A stretch of DNA of 64,000 bases from Phallusia mammillata (lineage: Eukaryota): positions 26,040,001 through 26,104,000 of the forward strand of contig OZ281499.1 in assembly GCA_965637545.1 (NCBI GenBank), given 5' to 3'. The position numbers and the translations under genes were made by a program. Shown piece after piece: positions 1-11,535 of this stretch. How positions within the stretch are numbered: the stretch's first letter is position 1; each line of letters opens with the position of its first letter. A model generated the notes under the pieces. It had not been told where the DNA came from. It made no database searches and saw only the letters and a program-made list of their open reading frames with translations.

Positions 1-14
1 ATTTAATTTTACAG

Positions 15-2032
15 AACCTGCACGTCAGCATGTTGCAGTGACTCAGACAATTGTAACACCCGAACAGTGGTACAGATTGAAACCAGAATAAGATGTGGAA
101 CTGGAACTTTAACTGGTGGCGCGTTTCCTACAGCTACCACTTGTGCCGCTAACGAGCTCTGCGCAAGGACAGAAATAACAGGAGGTAAATAAGCCAAACT
201 TTGTTTAGCCAGCCTACATTTCCTTTAGACATTCTTCCGTTTCGCAAAAAAACTCCCATTAGGGACTTTTTACATGCAACTATGCCTAAAACTGACAACC
301 ACACACAACAAATTTTCGTCCTGTTTAACTTGTAACCAAATGAAGTTCTATATTGTAAAATACCAAAACTTATTTTCAGGTGCTACAGAAGGATCGTGCA
401 AGACACAAACTGGATGTAATTTGCTCTGCGCTGGAGTCACGTGAGTGAATTTTTCCACGTATATGAAAATTTCTGCAACTTGTAATAAAAGCTGACATAT
501 AGTTAGTTATTTTAACTTTCACATTTATCTGGCGTGCATCGTTTTGCTTAACAACCTGCCAGAGTGAAAACATTAAATGTTGGATATATTGCAGGGGTTG
601 CACATCTGCGTGTTGCAACGACGGAGATTTCTGCAACAGTCTTTCTGTTACGAACATAATAGATGTGGTCCGATGTGGAATTGCGCCTGTAACGAACGGA
701 GCATTCACTGCAACAATGGTTTGTGCATCTGGTCAAAAATGTCAAAGAACTGAAACAACTTCAGGTATAATCTGTTGCATAAAAATCTTTATCTTCATTC
801 ATTACATAATTAAAACTGGGTTTATTTTTCAGGCCAAACTGTTACACTTGTTGGTTCATGTATTGCTGGAGATGCCACATGTGGATCTGGATGTACTGCT
901 CCGTAAGTTTAAAAGCTCTAATGCTATCCAAATTGTTATCATGTCAACTTTAAATTGTCACAAAAAATTGAATCCAGCGTTCGTGACAACAAACAGTTAC
1001 AACTTGGAAGGAAACGGGTAGACAAAATCGCAAAGTCGACAGAATAAGGATATTTTGATTTGCAAACCGTAACATACTGATAGCCAATTAAAATTCGAAC
1101 TTTCTTAACTCGTTCCCTAGTAGGGAAAAGATCCAAACTTTATTTTAGTTTTTATGACTTAGCACTCAGATAAACACTTTTGTTTATTGGTTGCAGGGCT
1201 TGCGTGTCAGCTTGTTGCAACGACGCAGATGGATGTAACACTCTGTCAGTGGCAACACAAATGGCAAGACAATGTTACACTGGAACAACCACCCAAGTTG
1301 GAAGTGCAGCAGCAAATGGAAGTTTGACTGCTGAGCATTGCTCCGCTGGTGAAATGTGTGGAAGAAAACAAACCACAACTACAAATGGAGGTAGATTGCT
1401 GTCACAGTTACAATGCATCAACATCTAAAACTACAAACAACATCAATATACATAAACGCATTCAACCAACGAAGTCGTACATGTATTCGAAATACGCCAA
1501 GAATTTATGCCTGCAAACTGTACGCTTGTCATACAAAGCGTAAACATTACTTAACAACACACAAAATTACAATAGACATGGTGTTTAAGAAGACAATAAT
1601 ATATTTAATTTGTTTAGGTGAGACTACAGTGACAACAGTTGGATCTTGCAGCACAGCAGCTGAATGCAACGATGGAAACATGCTTTGCAATGGGTGAGTT
1701 GGTTATGCAAGCATTTGACCGTCTATTAATCGCCTAAACAAGATGTAGATGCCTATACTAAAAAAATACTCGATACCATGGCGTGCAACATTACAGCACG
1801 ATTATTAATATTGCAATAAGGTGAAAAAATCTTTTGCAGGGCTGCCGGTTGCATCGAATATTGCTGTGACACTGATGGTTGCAACTCTGCCGCTGTCACT
1901 ACAACAACCACAACCACCACTACTACAACCACTACAACAACTGCAACAACCACATCTGGTGCTAAACATGCAGCACAAATTAATATGTTGGTGATGATGG
2001 GTCTTGTGGTTCTCGGTTGGTTCATGGCCTAA
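15..2032 (+). CDS. Gene 1 (5' end outside window): multi-LU/three-finger-domain GPI-anchored-type protein; last 3 full domains, Thr stalk and GPI-type tail
   Basis: GT-AG exons 15-184, 380-440, 595-764, 833-902, 1197-1390, 1618-1693 and 1840-2032 join in frame. Repeated CxxACCxxxxxCN motifs; C-terminus ...TTTSGAKHAAQINMLVMMGLVVLGWFMA*. Confidence 0.85.
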
Positions 2033-2210
2033 TCGATGTGTTTCCAATGCATCAGCATTATTGTGTTTGTGTGATTTAGAGAATATATATCCAAGTTTAA
2101 ACTATTTTCTTACGTTGCACATGGATTCCAACCTACTGTGAAGTGTGTTAATGTAAGCTGTGTCTCAGTGTTATAATACTATTAAACCGATTCTGTACAT
2201 TCCAAAACTG
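2033..2210 (+). promoter_or_regulatory. Family-wide conserved 3'UTR block (representative copy)
   Basis: ~180-bp block (TCGATGTGTTTCCAATGCATCAGC...CTGTACATTCCAAA), also at ~7714-7885, 18051-18225, 27519-27695, 39223-39400, 47162-47335 and 57764-57935. Partial orphan copies at 9522, 28776, 49721 and 59734. Confidence 0.7.
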
Positions 2211-2529
2211 TTTGCATTTGACATCCCTAAATACAATTTTAAATCTTTGAGCCAAATGCCTGTGGTTTATCTCTTGTGCACTAAAACACCTGACTGTTAG
2301 TTTAAAGCAAACGCCTTGAATCATGGTTCGTCAGGGTTGTTAAAAGCATCATACAAAATGAGAAAAGACCAATTGCGCTTGTAACAAATTTATTTCTCGA
2401 AGAAGCGGGTAGGAGATCCACCTGCTAATACTAAAGTTTCGAGTCGGACGCTACAATGTAAATATACGGAAGGGCTGTCACTTTTTTGTGCAGTTGGGTT
2501 GACTTAAAGCGGGAAGAGAAAGAAAGCCG

Positions 2530-2712
2530 ACATTGCTAATAATTGTAACGCCCGAACAGAACTTTGAATAATGGAGCGTTTCCTGCATTTACCTTTTGTG
2601 TCGCCGGGGAACTTTGTGCACGAAAAGAAACAAGAACTGGAGGAAGTAAGTGTCAAATACAACACTTGATCATAACAACGATCAGCTATACGTAAACAAC
2701 ACAGGAAGCTGG
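2530..2712 (+). pseudogene. Relic long exon of the LU family with its donor and adjacent intron, stranded upstream of gene 2
   Basis: Frameshifted NCNART...NGAFPAFTFCVAG..C.RKETRTGG, then gtaag at 2646. It shares downstream intron sequence with the relic at 8568-8790. Confidence 0.65.
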
Positions 2713-3266
2713 ACAGTACCTTCAGCTATTCCGTCATTTCTTGACATAAAAGTCAGGTGTGAAGCTAATAAGCGTGAAGACAGAAAAAGGGAAATACCTT
2801 GTGAGACAAAGTGGACAAAGATTCACGTGCTGACTCTGCATTTCCGATTCTGTCTCTACCGTTGAGGCAGTACGGAGTTTACGGTAAAGTGGAAAGATAA
2901 AAAATCGGTAAAAGTGTGGATGGAACAGAACATGTCAGTGTTATGCGGCAAACTCGTCCAAAATTGTCGGGGGTCAAACGGCAATGCAGCCAAAGGTCCT
3001 TTTGGGTGCGTAGGCTTAGACCCAATTTTTCTCAACTTAGCTTTATGTGGTATAATACAAATTAAATTGGCTTTGATGTGCACGCATTTTAGTAAAGTTT
3101 TTGTAGCAACCACAAAAAACTTCCAAGTTGTTAAATCACTTTGTTGGAAGAACGTTGTGTAACAAAAATGTTGCTGGTTGTCGATTTTCATCGGGAAAAA
3201 GGCAGGGGTTTTGTCACAAACTTGTCATAAATAATATTCGACTACCTACAACAAACAAAACGAAAA

Positions 3267-6200
3267 ATGCATTATGCTGGAGCAATGACCGTTTTTTGCG
3301 TCCTTCTGTGCGGTGTTGCAAATTGTTTGAATTGTCGCATAGGAACAATGATGCAGAATGGATCAAATCCCACAATTGGATCGTTTGTATCTGCGACTTG
3401 CCCAGTCAACAACCAATGCTCAAGAACTCAAACAACTGCGGGTATTTACAAATATATCGTTGCAATGCTGAGAACATACCATTCAACTTAAATGTATATT
3501 TAGACTTCTGCGCAACTTATGTTTTTAGGTACCGTCGTCACGACCGTGGCATCTTGTTCTACATTCTCTGCATGCGACAATCTTTGCCTTGGTGTAACGT
3601 AAGTTTGTAGCCAACAAAGACTCGTGTAAAATCACCGAAGTAAAACTTTTTACTTGTATTTGCAGAGGTTGTGTTGCTGCTTGCTGCAAGAACGCAGACA
3701 ACTGCAACGGTGATCCGGTGGCGACTATGATTGGACTTGTCGATTGCGTTACTGACTACACGACTACTCCCGTGACCAGCATAACATGTAGAGATGGGGT
3801 TATGTGCGGAAGAAAAGAAGTTACTTCAGGTACAATTGTCAATTTACAAATTAACATAAGACGATGGTTTAATTCCAACATTTGCTAAACCTCAAGGCGG
3901 AACTACGACACCTACGGGCTCTTGCTCAACTGCGACAGAATGTGCTGCTCTGTGTACTGGCCAAACTAGGTAACTACAGCAGTATCTCGTAATAATTTTA
4001 AACCCGCGTACTTAACGAACCTTAAACCCCATTTACGCTCAATGTTTCAGTACAATATCTGTTTGGATAAATCACCAAAAATAGCATACTCGATATCGAT
4101 ATATTATTTTTACGAATTGACATGTTTTTGCGCATAGCTGCGTCTCAGCATGCTGCAACAACGCAGATGATTGTAACAGCCAGACCCAGGTTCAAATGAA
4201 CGTTGTGTCATGTTCCGTTACGAATAGTGGCTCAGCACCTTCAACACCATGTTCCGCAAATGAAGTTTGTGCTAAAAAAGAAGTTACATCTGGAGGTAGG
4301 TGAAGGAAGCAGAACTAAGTATGGAGCACGTTCAAAAAACATAAAATTACGAAACTAAATGTACAAAAACAAAACTAAATGAGTCAATTTTTACACAGGG
4401 TCGACTACAACCACAGCCTCGTGCCAGGCTCAAACTGCATGCGCTGGACTATGTACTGGTGAAACGTAAGTCAACATGAACCTTTACAACCGACTTGGAG
4501 GCTTAATACAATATTTCGCTTTTTTGAAGCGGCACATGCGTATCAGCTTGTTGCTCAAACGCTGACGATTGCAATTCGGGAACCGTTGCTCAGATTACGG
4601 CAGCAAACGCGCTGAGAGTTTGTATGGTGGGAACTTTTACAAAAGATGGATCCAACCGTGCTTCCGGAGTGCTGACGTTTACAACTTGCACGGCTAACCA
4701 GATTTGCGGAAGGACCGAAATGACAGGTGAGCAAGTGTCAACCTGATGGTGTATTACAATTTTTTGACTGCACTTTTATAATGAAAGAAACATTTTATTA
4801 AGTTTGCCTAATCTTTTAAATATGTTTTGTGCCGACTAAAAAGTGCCATTACAGTTGTGAATCTCTTAAATGTGCACTTTAAAAAAGTCATATTTTCAAC
4901 CCCCGCATTAGCAAAAAATAAATAAACGTTATAATGCAAAATATTTCAAAAAAAAGTCAATTGGTGATGTTTTTTAGAGGGTAGAGTTGTGACAACAGTT
5001 GGATCATGTCAAGATTCTGTCGCCACTTGTGACGCTCTTTGTGCAGGCACCGCGTAAGTTATAAAATTTGCAATGCTGACGCGTTTCCATCCGACTCAAA
5101 CATAAAAATTTCAACAACAATTCGAAACTTTTCATTAAGGTAAACTTTGTCAATACCTTTTTTAAAGGCAAAAACATTTTCCGAAGTTTAGTTGCCAAGC
5201 CAAAAACACATATGCGACTGATCAAAGATTTCATGATCAGTGAATTGAACTTTTAAAGTTTGTCAGTTTAATTTAGGGATTTTAACATCTATTTTATATT
5301 ATTCAGCAACTGTGTGTCAGCCTGTTGCAATAACGAAGATAACTGCAACAGAGAGTCTGTGGCTAACATCAAAGCAACAATTGCGTGTGGAACTGGAACA
5401 ATGGCTAATGGAGCGTTTCCTTCAACCACCACTTGCACCGCCAACCAGCTTTGCGCGAGGACCGAAATTGGCACAGGTAAAACTTTAAAACCGTCCTGAT
5501 AAAAAGTGAATAAAAATTTACAAATAAGTTGTTATGTTGCAAATTTTTATCGATTACAATAAAAAAAAATGCCAGTGTTGGTAACATACCCATTACATAT
5601 TCAAACGAACAAATAAACCGCTTTACATTAGTAGCTTTAGAAACTGTAATGACAAATTTGTCTGCAGCTGTAAAGGGATCGTGCCAGACACAAAATTCAT
5701 GCAATCTACTCTGTACTGGAATCGCGTAAGTTAACTTTTTTACATTTACTGACATAAAAGTGTTGCATGGAAAGCATTAAACAAAACAACACGAAAATTG
5801 ATTTAGTGGCGGTCATTGTTGCTTCACATAAAAGAGAAAGGCCACATCTGTCATAGTAGGTGACACGCACTTCGACACTGGCAAAAACTTGTGAGAATCA
5901 AATGAATTATTTAGCAAGTAACAAACAGCGCAGTATTCACGTCTTATCGGCAGGTACACTAATCAGTTGACACAAACACAAACTTATTAATAGGACTAAG
6001 TTTTCACTTATTAAGTTAAGTGATTTGTCTGCTATCTAAGCTATAATGAAGGTTAAATATAAGCTTTCAAGATCATTATTACCCATCACAGGGGTTGTAC
6101 ATCAGCATGTTGTAATGATGCCGATAACTGCAACACTCGGACTGTGGCACAAATAAAAATGGTTGTTCGATGTGGAACTGGGTCTGCAACAGATGGAAAC

Positions 6201-7713
6201 CTCCCTAACACAATGACTTGTGCATCTGGTCAACAATGCCAAAGAACTGAAACTACTGCAGGTATCAAGCATTTCATTGAATAGGCGGTTTTCATTCATT
6301 ACATAATTAACATTTGGACTATTGTTTCAGGTAACACTGTTACAACTGTTGGAACGTGCATTGCAGGAGATGCCACGTGTGGAACAGGATGTGCTGCAGC
6401 GTAAGTCAAAAATCCTATGCTCAAACTATTGTGGTCGTCATTTTAAATACAAATGGTTTACACACAAAAAAAACAGTGTGCTTATAAATTTTTCTTGTTT
6501 TATTGCAGGGATTGCGTGTCAGCTTGTTGCAACGACGCAGATGGATGTAACACTCTGTCAGTGGCAACACAAACAGCAAGACAATGCTACACTGGAACAA
6601 CCACCCAAGTTGGAAGTGCAGCAGCAACTGGAAGTTTGACTCTTGAGCATTGCATGGCTGGTGAAATGTGTGGAAGAAAACAAACCACAACTACAAATGC
6701 AGGTAGATGGCTGCTACAGTTACAATGTACCTACATCTAAAACTAAACCAACCGCAACATATTTTATAAACACAAACACACATTTAACACCCAATGTTGA
6801 ACTTCAATGATGTTCAAGAGGTTTAAAGTTAATGTAAAAGCATATAGAGCCAATAAATGATAAGCTGCAGACAGTGCACACTGTTTCGACCTATAAGGTC
6901 TCATCAGTGCAGCTGGTGACGAGAGATCGGCCGCATTGGCTAGTGTAGCCATTCAACGGCACTCCAGTTTGTTGGGAGCACAGGGTACAACCCCATGGCC
7001 ATTGTGAGCCAGTTTCATCTGTGCTGTATGTCCAGTTGTGGCATCGCACAGACTAGGTGATGCATGGGGTTGTACCCTGTGCTCCCAACAAACTGGAGTG
7101 CCGTTGAATGGCTACACTAGCCAATGCGGCCGATCTCTCGTCACCAGCTGCACTGATGAGACCTTATAGGTCGAAACAGTGTGCACTGTCTGCAGTTTAA
7201 AGTTAATCATGTATTTCCTCCTGCAAACCGTACGCAAACACTAATAAGACAAGCTAAGCATAATCATCTCATAACAACGTAATGAATCGCAACAAACATC
7301 AGGTGTATATCATTTGTATATCATGACAACAACACAACATTACATGTGTTTAGGTCAGACCACAGTGGTAACAGTGGGATCTTGCACCACAGCAGCTCAA
7401 TGCAACAATGGAAACATGCTTTGCAATGGGTGAGTTTGTTATGCACGCAAATGACCGCTTATTAATCGCTAATACTAAAACAAACGCTCGATACGATAGC
7501 GTACAACACAATTAGTGTTATTAAAAGATGACAAATTTTTTCTGATGCAGGGTTGCAGGTTGCATCGAACATTGCTGTGACAGTGACGGTTGCAACTCTG
7601 CCACTGTCACCACCACAACAACTCTTGCAACTACATCCGGTGCAGAGCATGCAACCAAAATTAATATGTTGATGATGATGGGTCTTGTGGTTCTCGGTTG
7701 GTTTATGGCTTAA
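3267..7713 (+). CDS. Gene 2: signal peptide, 7 LU-like domains, short Thr stalk, GPI-type tail (626 aa, 15 exons)
   Basis: Exons 3267-3441, 3529-3598, 3666-3829, 3897-3969, 4138-4295, 4399-4465, 4530-4726, 4978-5053, 5307-5476, 5668-5725, 6092-6261, 6331-6400, 6509-6702, 7354-7429, 7551-7713. Total 1881 nt, in frame. Begins MHYAGAMTVFCVLLCGVANC. Confidence 0.88.
6834..7195. mobile_element. Hammerhead-bearing inverted-repeat insertion (Penelope-like pLTR or retrozyme fragment) in intron 13 of gene 2
   Basis: Perfect 133-bp arms at 6865-6997 and 7063-7195 with a 65-bp spacer. A 13-bp direct repeat GTTTAAAGTTAAT flanks it (6821-6833, 7195-7207). It is absent from the homologous intron of gene 1. 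The Penelope link is inferred from the known association of hammerheads with PLE pLTRs. Confidence 0.7.
6863..6914 (-). ncRNA. Type I hammerhead ribozyme (antisense copy in the left arm)
   Basis: Exact reverse complement of 7148-7195. On this strand stem I extends to 7 Watson-Crick pairs (AGCTGCA/TGCAGCT). Confidence 0.85.
7146..7197 (+). ncRNA. Type I hammerhead ribozyme (sense to gene 2 pre-mRNA)
   Basis: Stem I CTGCA (7148-52) pairs with TGCAG (7191-95); core CTGATGA 7153-59; stem II GACC-ttata-GGTC; GAAA 7173-76; stem III CAGT-gtgc-ACTG; GTC triplet 7188-90 with predicted cleavage after C7190. Confidence 0.88.
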
Positions 7714-8567
7714 TCGATGTGTTTCCAATGCATCAGCATTACTGTGTTTGTGTGATTTAGAGAATATATATCCAAGTTTAAACTATTCTTTTACGTTGCA
7801 CATGGATTTAAACGTACTATGAAGTGTTTAATGTAAGCTGTCTTAATGTTATAATACATTTGAACTGATTCTGTACATTCCAAAAGTGCTTACAATTTAA
7901 CTCGCTAAATAAAATTGTGTGACTTTACCTGAGCTTTGCGAGATGGACAACGTTAGCTCATGTTCACTAAATCGCCTAAACGTTATCTTAAAAGATAAAA
8001 CCTTAAAATAAGTTAAATTAAAGTTCGTCAGGGCTGTTACAAGTGTAATACAAGAACCAAGTCGGTTTCGCAAGCAATAAAAGCATAAGAAACTAAAAGC
8101 CGACTATTATGAGAAAAAAACAAATCAATATAGCCTACACCTGGACAATATACACCAGGAGAAGAAAGTATTTTTCTGAACACGTATATGTATGTTATCT
8201 AGCATTCGATCAGTTTGTGTCAACAAAGTCAAATACCATAAACTTTTATGCCCCTCTTTTTCCTCGTGTATAACATATGAGGCAAGTACGAAGCTAAGTT
8301 TAATGTATGTTAAGTATTTGAACTACTTTTAATCGAAGCCGTTTAACCAAACCCAACATAAACATGCAAGTTAGACAACAATACCAAGTTTCAATATCTT
8401 AAGCATGATAATAGCTCTAAGAACAACGTACAATGACAAGAAATAATAATAAGATCGGCGAAACTGATTAAAGCAGAAAAAGAGAAGCGACGTTAGCACA
8501 ATAAAAAAACCAAAAGTTTATGCGACTAAAATTACAAAAACTTTTTAGTTCCATAAATTTTGCACAG

Positions 8568-9108
8568 GTGCTTGTTGCAACATTGCTGATACCGTAACGC
8601 CCGAAGTAGCAAAGGTGGGAGTCAGAATTATATGAGGAACATTGAGTAATGGAGAGTTTCCTGCAGTTACGTTTTGTGCCGCCGGGGAACTTTGTGCACA
8701 AAAAAACAACAACTGGATGAAGTAAGTGTCAAATACAACACTTGATCATAACAACGATCAGCTATACGTAACCAACACAGGAAGCTTGTAAAAACTATTT
8801 TAGTAATACTGTCAAATATCCTGAAGCTGAAAACATGCTTGATACAAAGCAAACATCCGTTACATTACATAATTTTCTTAACCTTGCAAAACTCATTTTG
8901 TACAATACTGTCTGTAAAGGTCAGAAGTATACGCTATACAGTTGTATTCAAGTCAAAAGAAACGTCACTACTACGACACCGCCATTTTGTTTAAAACGTT
9001 GGTGTCGTATTTCATTTTTCAAAACAGAGATTTTCCTTTTACAGGCACCACCACTGTCGGATCGTGTCACAATCATGAAGCATGCAAAGGACTGTGCGAC
9101 AGTGCAAC
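8568..9108 (+). pseudogene. Isolated degenerate long exon plus intact-looking short exon (one LU module) of a decayed family member
   Basis: 8568-8721 reads ACCNIAD..(frameshift)..VRII*GTLSNGEFPAVTFCAAGELCA. 9045-9108 is ag/TTTVGSCHNHEACKGLCDSAT/gtaag. An orphan 3'UTR fragment follows at 9522-9584. No signal-peptide or GPI exon. Confidence 0.75.
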
Positions 9109-9769
9109 GTAAGTTAAAAGGTTTCAATAACTCACTCAAAGAATAGAATGATTTATGAGCTAGGATGGCAGTACGGTGCGGTAGACCGCGTTGACCGTCC
9201 CACGTGCCTCGTTACGAAGAGCGTACCGTACCCAATGTCAAAAATCCAAACGTACCTAACTGTACTTTAAAATAGGCCAATTAGAATCACTATTGGATAA
9301 TTTTTTATAAGCACTTAAAGGAGAGGTTTTTAAACAAGCTGTCCCGGTAATTTTAGCAGGTAATTTTCAACACCATATTTTTACTGTTAAATTTTTGGTG
9401 CAAAAGAGACGACTAGATTAACTAACTTTATTCCAAGAACTTAACAATCAATAACCAAGTTAATACTTGTTATTGTCCTGTGTGGTTTATATAATAGGCC
9501 TACAGTGCGAGGATTTCAATTTTAATGTAAGCTGTGTCTCAGTGTTATAATACAATTGAACCGATTCTGTACATTCCAAAACCGTTAGATTTTGAAAACG
9601 CTAAATGTAACTTTGATAAACAATTGCCGAGTTTCATGAAAACGGCATCAAGTCTCATGATAGCTCCATGAAAAAGGAAAATTTAGAGACTTCCAAACAA
9701 GCTTTAGTTAATATCCTAGCGCTCGAGAAAAACATTTCAAAATACAATGTAAAATCACAGTAAGCCAGG

Positions 9770-9880
9770 CCAATTGAAGGCGCCATACCGAATCTACCAG
9801 TCACCAAGCATTCACCACCATATGGCAAGGGTTAGGCTAGAAAAATCTAGCCTGCGGTGGGATTCGAACCCACGACAGGA
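9770..9880 (-). mobile_element. Possible truncated tRNA-derived SINE fragment
   Basis: Minus strand reads GTGGGTTCGAATCCCACCGC (T-arm/B-box like), followed by a GGCTAG-attttt-CTAGCC hairpin. No A-box or full cloverleaf seen. Confidence 0.3.
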
Positions 9881-11109
9881 GTCTACAAAGCAAAATTGTG
9901 TTATTCGTTTGCATCAAAAAGTTAGCAAGTAATCAAAGAGTAACTTTCAGCTTTTAGCAATATGCATTTAACCTTCCTTCGATTTATTAAAACTAAAACA
10001 GTAAGGGCAAGTGGCAAACTTAGTCTTGCGTGAAACTTTGACACAAAACCTTTTTTCTCCGTCTGAGCTGGGGTCTGGGGTCCACGTGTCGACTGTTGTG
10101 GATTAAGTCCCATTGCCGTCTCAACGCTCACAACAGAAGCTAAACCAATACGATCTGGACCAATGGCGCCAAGCATAGCAAAAATTTCAACTCACAAAAT
10201 AAAAGATTACTTTTGCCGATCAGTATGTAGTTTGGTAAGTTTAAAATCCTACAACCAAGTGTTGTTTTCAATAGGGGAAATGTTACTGATGTCAAATAGA
10301 ACATATGTACAGTAAACCGCAGCGAATTTAAAATCCTTTACCCAGTATTGTTTTTCAGGAGAATAGTGTTATGGATTTCAAATACATGGGTGCAATCAAT
10401 GTTGTCTATATATTGCTTTCTGCCAACGGCTAGCATGGGATTGCACAACTTTTTCGCTATTGATGACCGCATAAAAGGTTTTGTTTTTGCCAACGATCGC
10501 CAGTGCGTCCTTTATATTGTTTAGAGCACAAGCGTAAAAAATGATTTGTCATGTATGTTGTAACGTATGGCATTGTTTTCACACAAGTAACTTACTGAAA
10601 GTGTGATGTATGGCGTACTTAATTAGTAATACTTGTTTGCACAGCCCTATAGTTTATGACTCAGTAAAACCCACAGCTTAGTTTCCAGACGTGCAAAAAT
10701 TCGCATCTTTGATAGAAATGTCTAAAATGTTTTCATGTAATTTAGTCTTGGTCACCCAAATCCCGAACCTAAAACTCGATTCGTTCAATGAGTTAGGTTG
10801 TCATCGCATATTAAAATACCGTTACTTCGCCCCGAAACCTTTAGGGTGTATGTCTAAACTAAATATCTAGCAACAGGCAATACCACATTAGAATAAATCT
10901 TCGGCCACAGGTTGTACACCACTGGGATGACAAAACTAACGTTTAATGGGTAACTTAAACCTTTGGTGTTAACCCAACTTAGTGCTGTGAAAAAAGACTT
11001 GCGCTGAAGAGAACGCTGAAAGCCAACTTCAATTAAGGTGAATGTGAACAGGAGCGTAATAGCAGTCACAACAAAAACACGAGGAAAAAGGCCGATCCTC
11101 GCCGCACAC

Positions 11110-11268
11110 GACGAGTCAACACGTGGATGCGACCTTTGGAAAATTTCTAATGGCGCTGTGCGAGAGAAAAAAGAAAAGTTTTGGGGTAATCAGACTCCCT
11201 TGAAAGAGTCGGGACGCTACAATGTAGTGAATATAAGGAGGGGGCTGTCACGTTTTTGTCCAGATTGG
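11110..11268 (+). promoter_or_regulatory. Conserved upstream cassette and core promoter of gene 3
   Basis: CACGTG 11120-25; TATAAG at 11232; Inr-like CAGATT with its A at 11262 (30 nt downstream). Near-identical block precedes genes 4-8. Confidence 0.7.
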
Positions 11269-11535
11269 TTGAGTTTTCGGTGAAGTGGGAAGAGAAACAT
11301 AATCGAGATTCGTGCGCTTGGGATCTTAGACGAAGAGAATGATTTAGCGGCAAGTCGGTGCCCAATTGTCGGCGTTGGTTGTAACTGAAGCAGTCGAAGC
11401 GACCTTGATTGCATGTGAAATGACACAAGACAATGTATTGTATGTTAAACTTTCTGCGACTAACATTGTTATTGATAGAGATACAGGGGAGATTTATTTT
11501 GTCCAATAATATCTTCAATTTTATTTGAAAAAAAC

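Noticed and set aside
1753-2047. Minus-strand poly-Val and Cys-rich ORFs (MNQPRTT..., METHRL...) at every gene end, and many other minus-strand ORFs
   Set aside because: They are antisense shadows of the Thr-codon repeat and of the real plus-strand exons.
9850-9875. Possible tRNA gene
   Set aside because: Only a T-arm/B-box-like segment is present; no D-arm, anticodon arm or acceptor stem.
11038-11283. Recurrent ORF ...EKKFWGNQTPLKESGRYNVVNIRRG in the six-frame track (also 18932, 40179, 50121, 60533), with some 3- and 6-bp indels
   Set aside because: Starts are inconsistent and mostly non-ATG. Other copies are frameshifted (29424, 50121, ~40090) and the downstream parts are unrelated. It is better explained as conserved promoter DNA containing TATA+Inr. 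Ribosome profiling would be needed to revive it.
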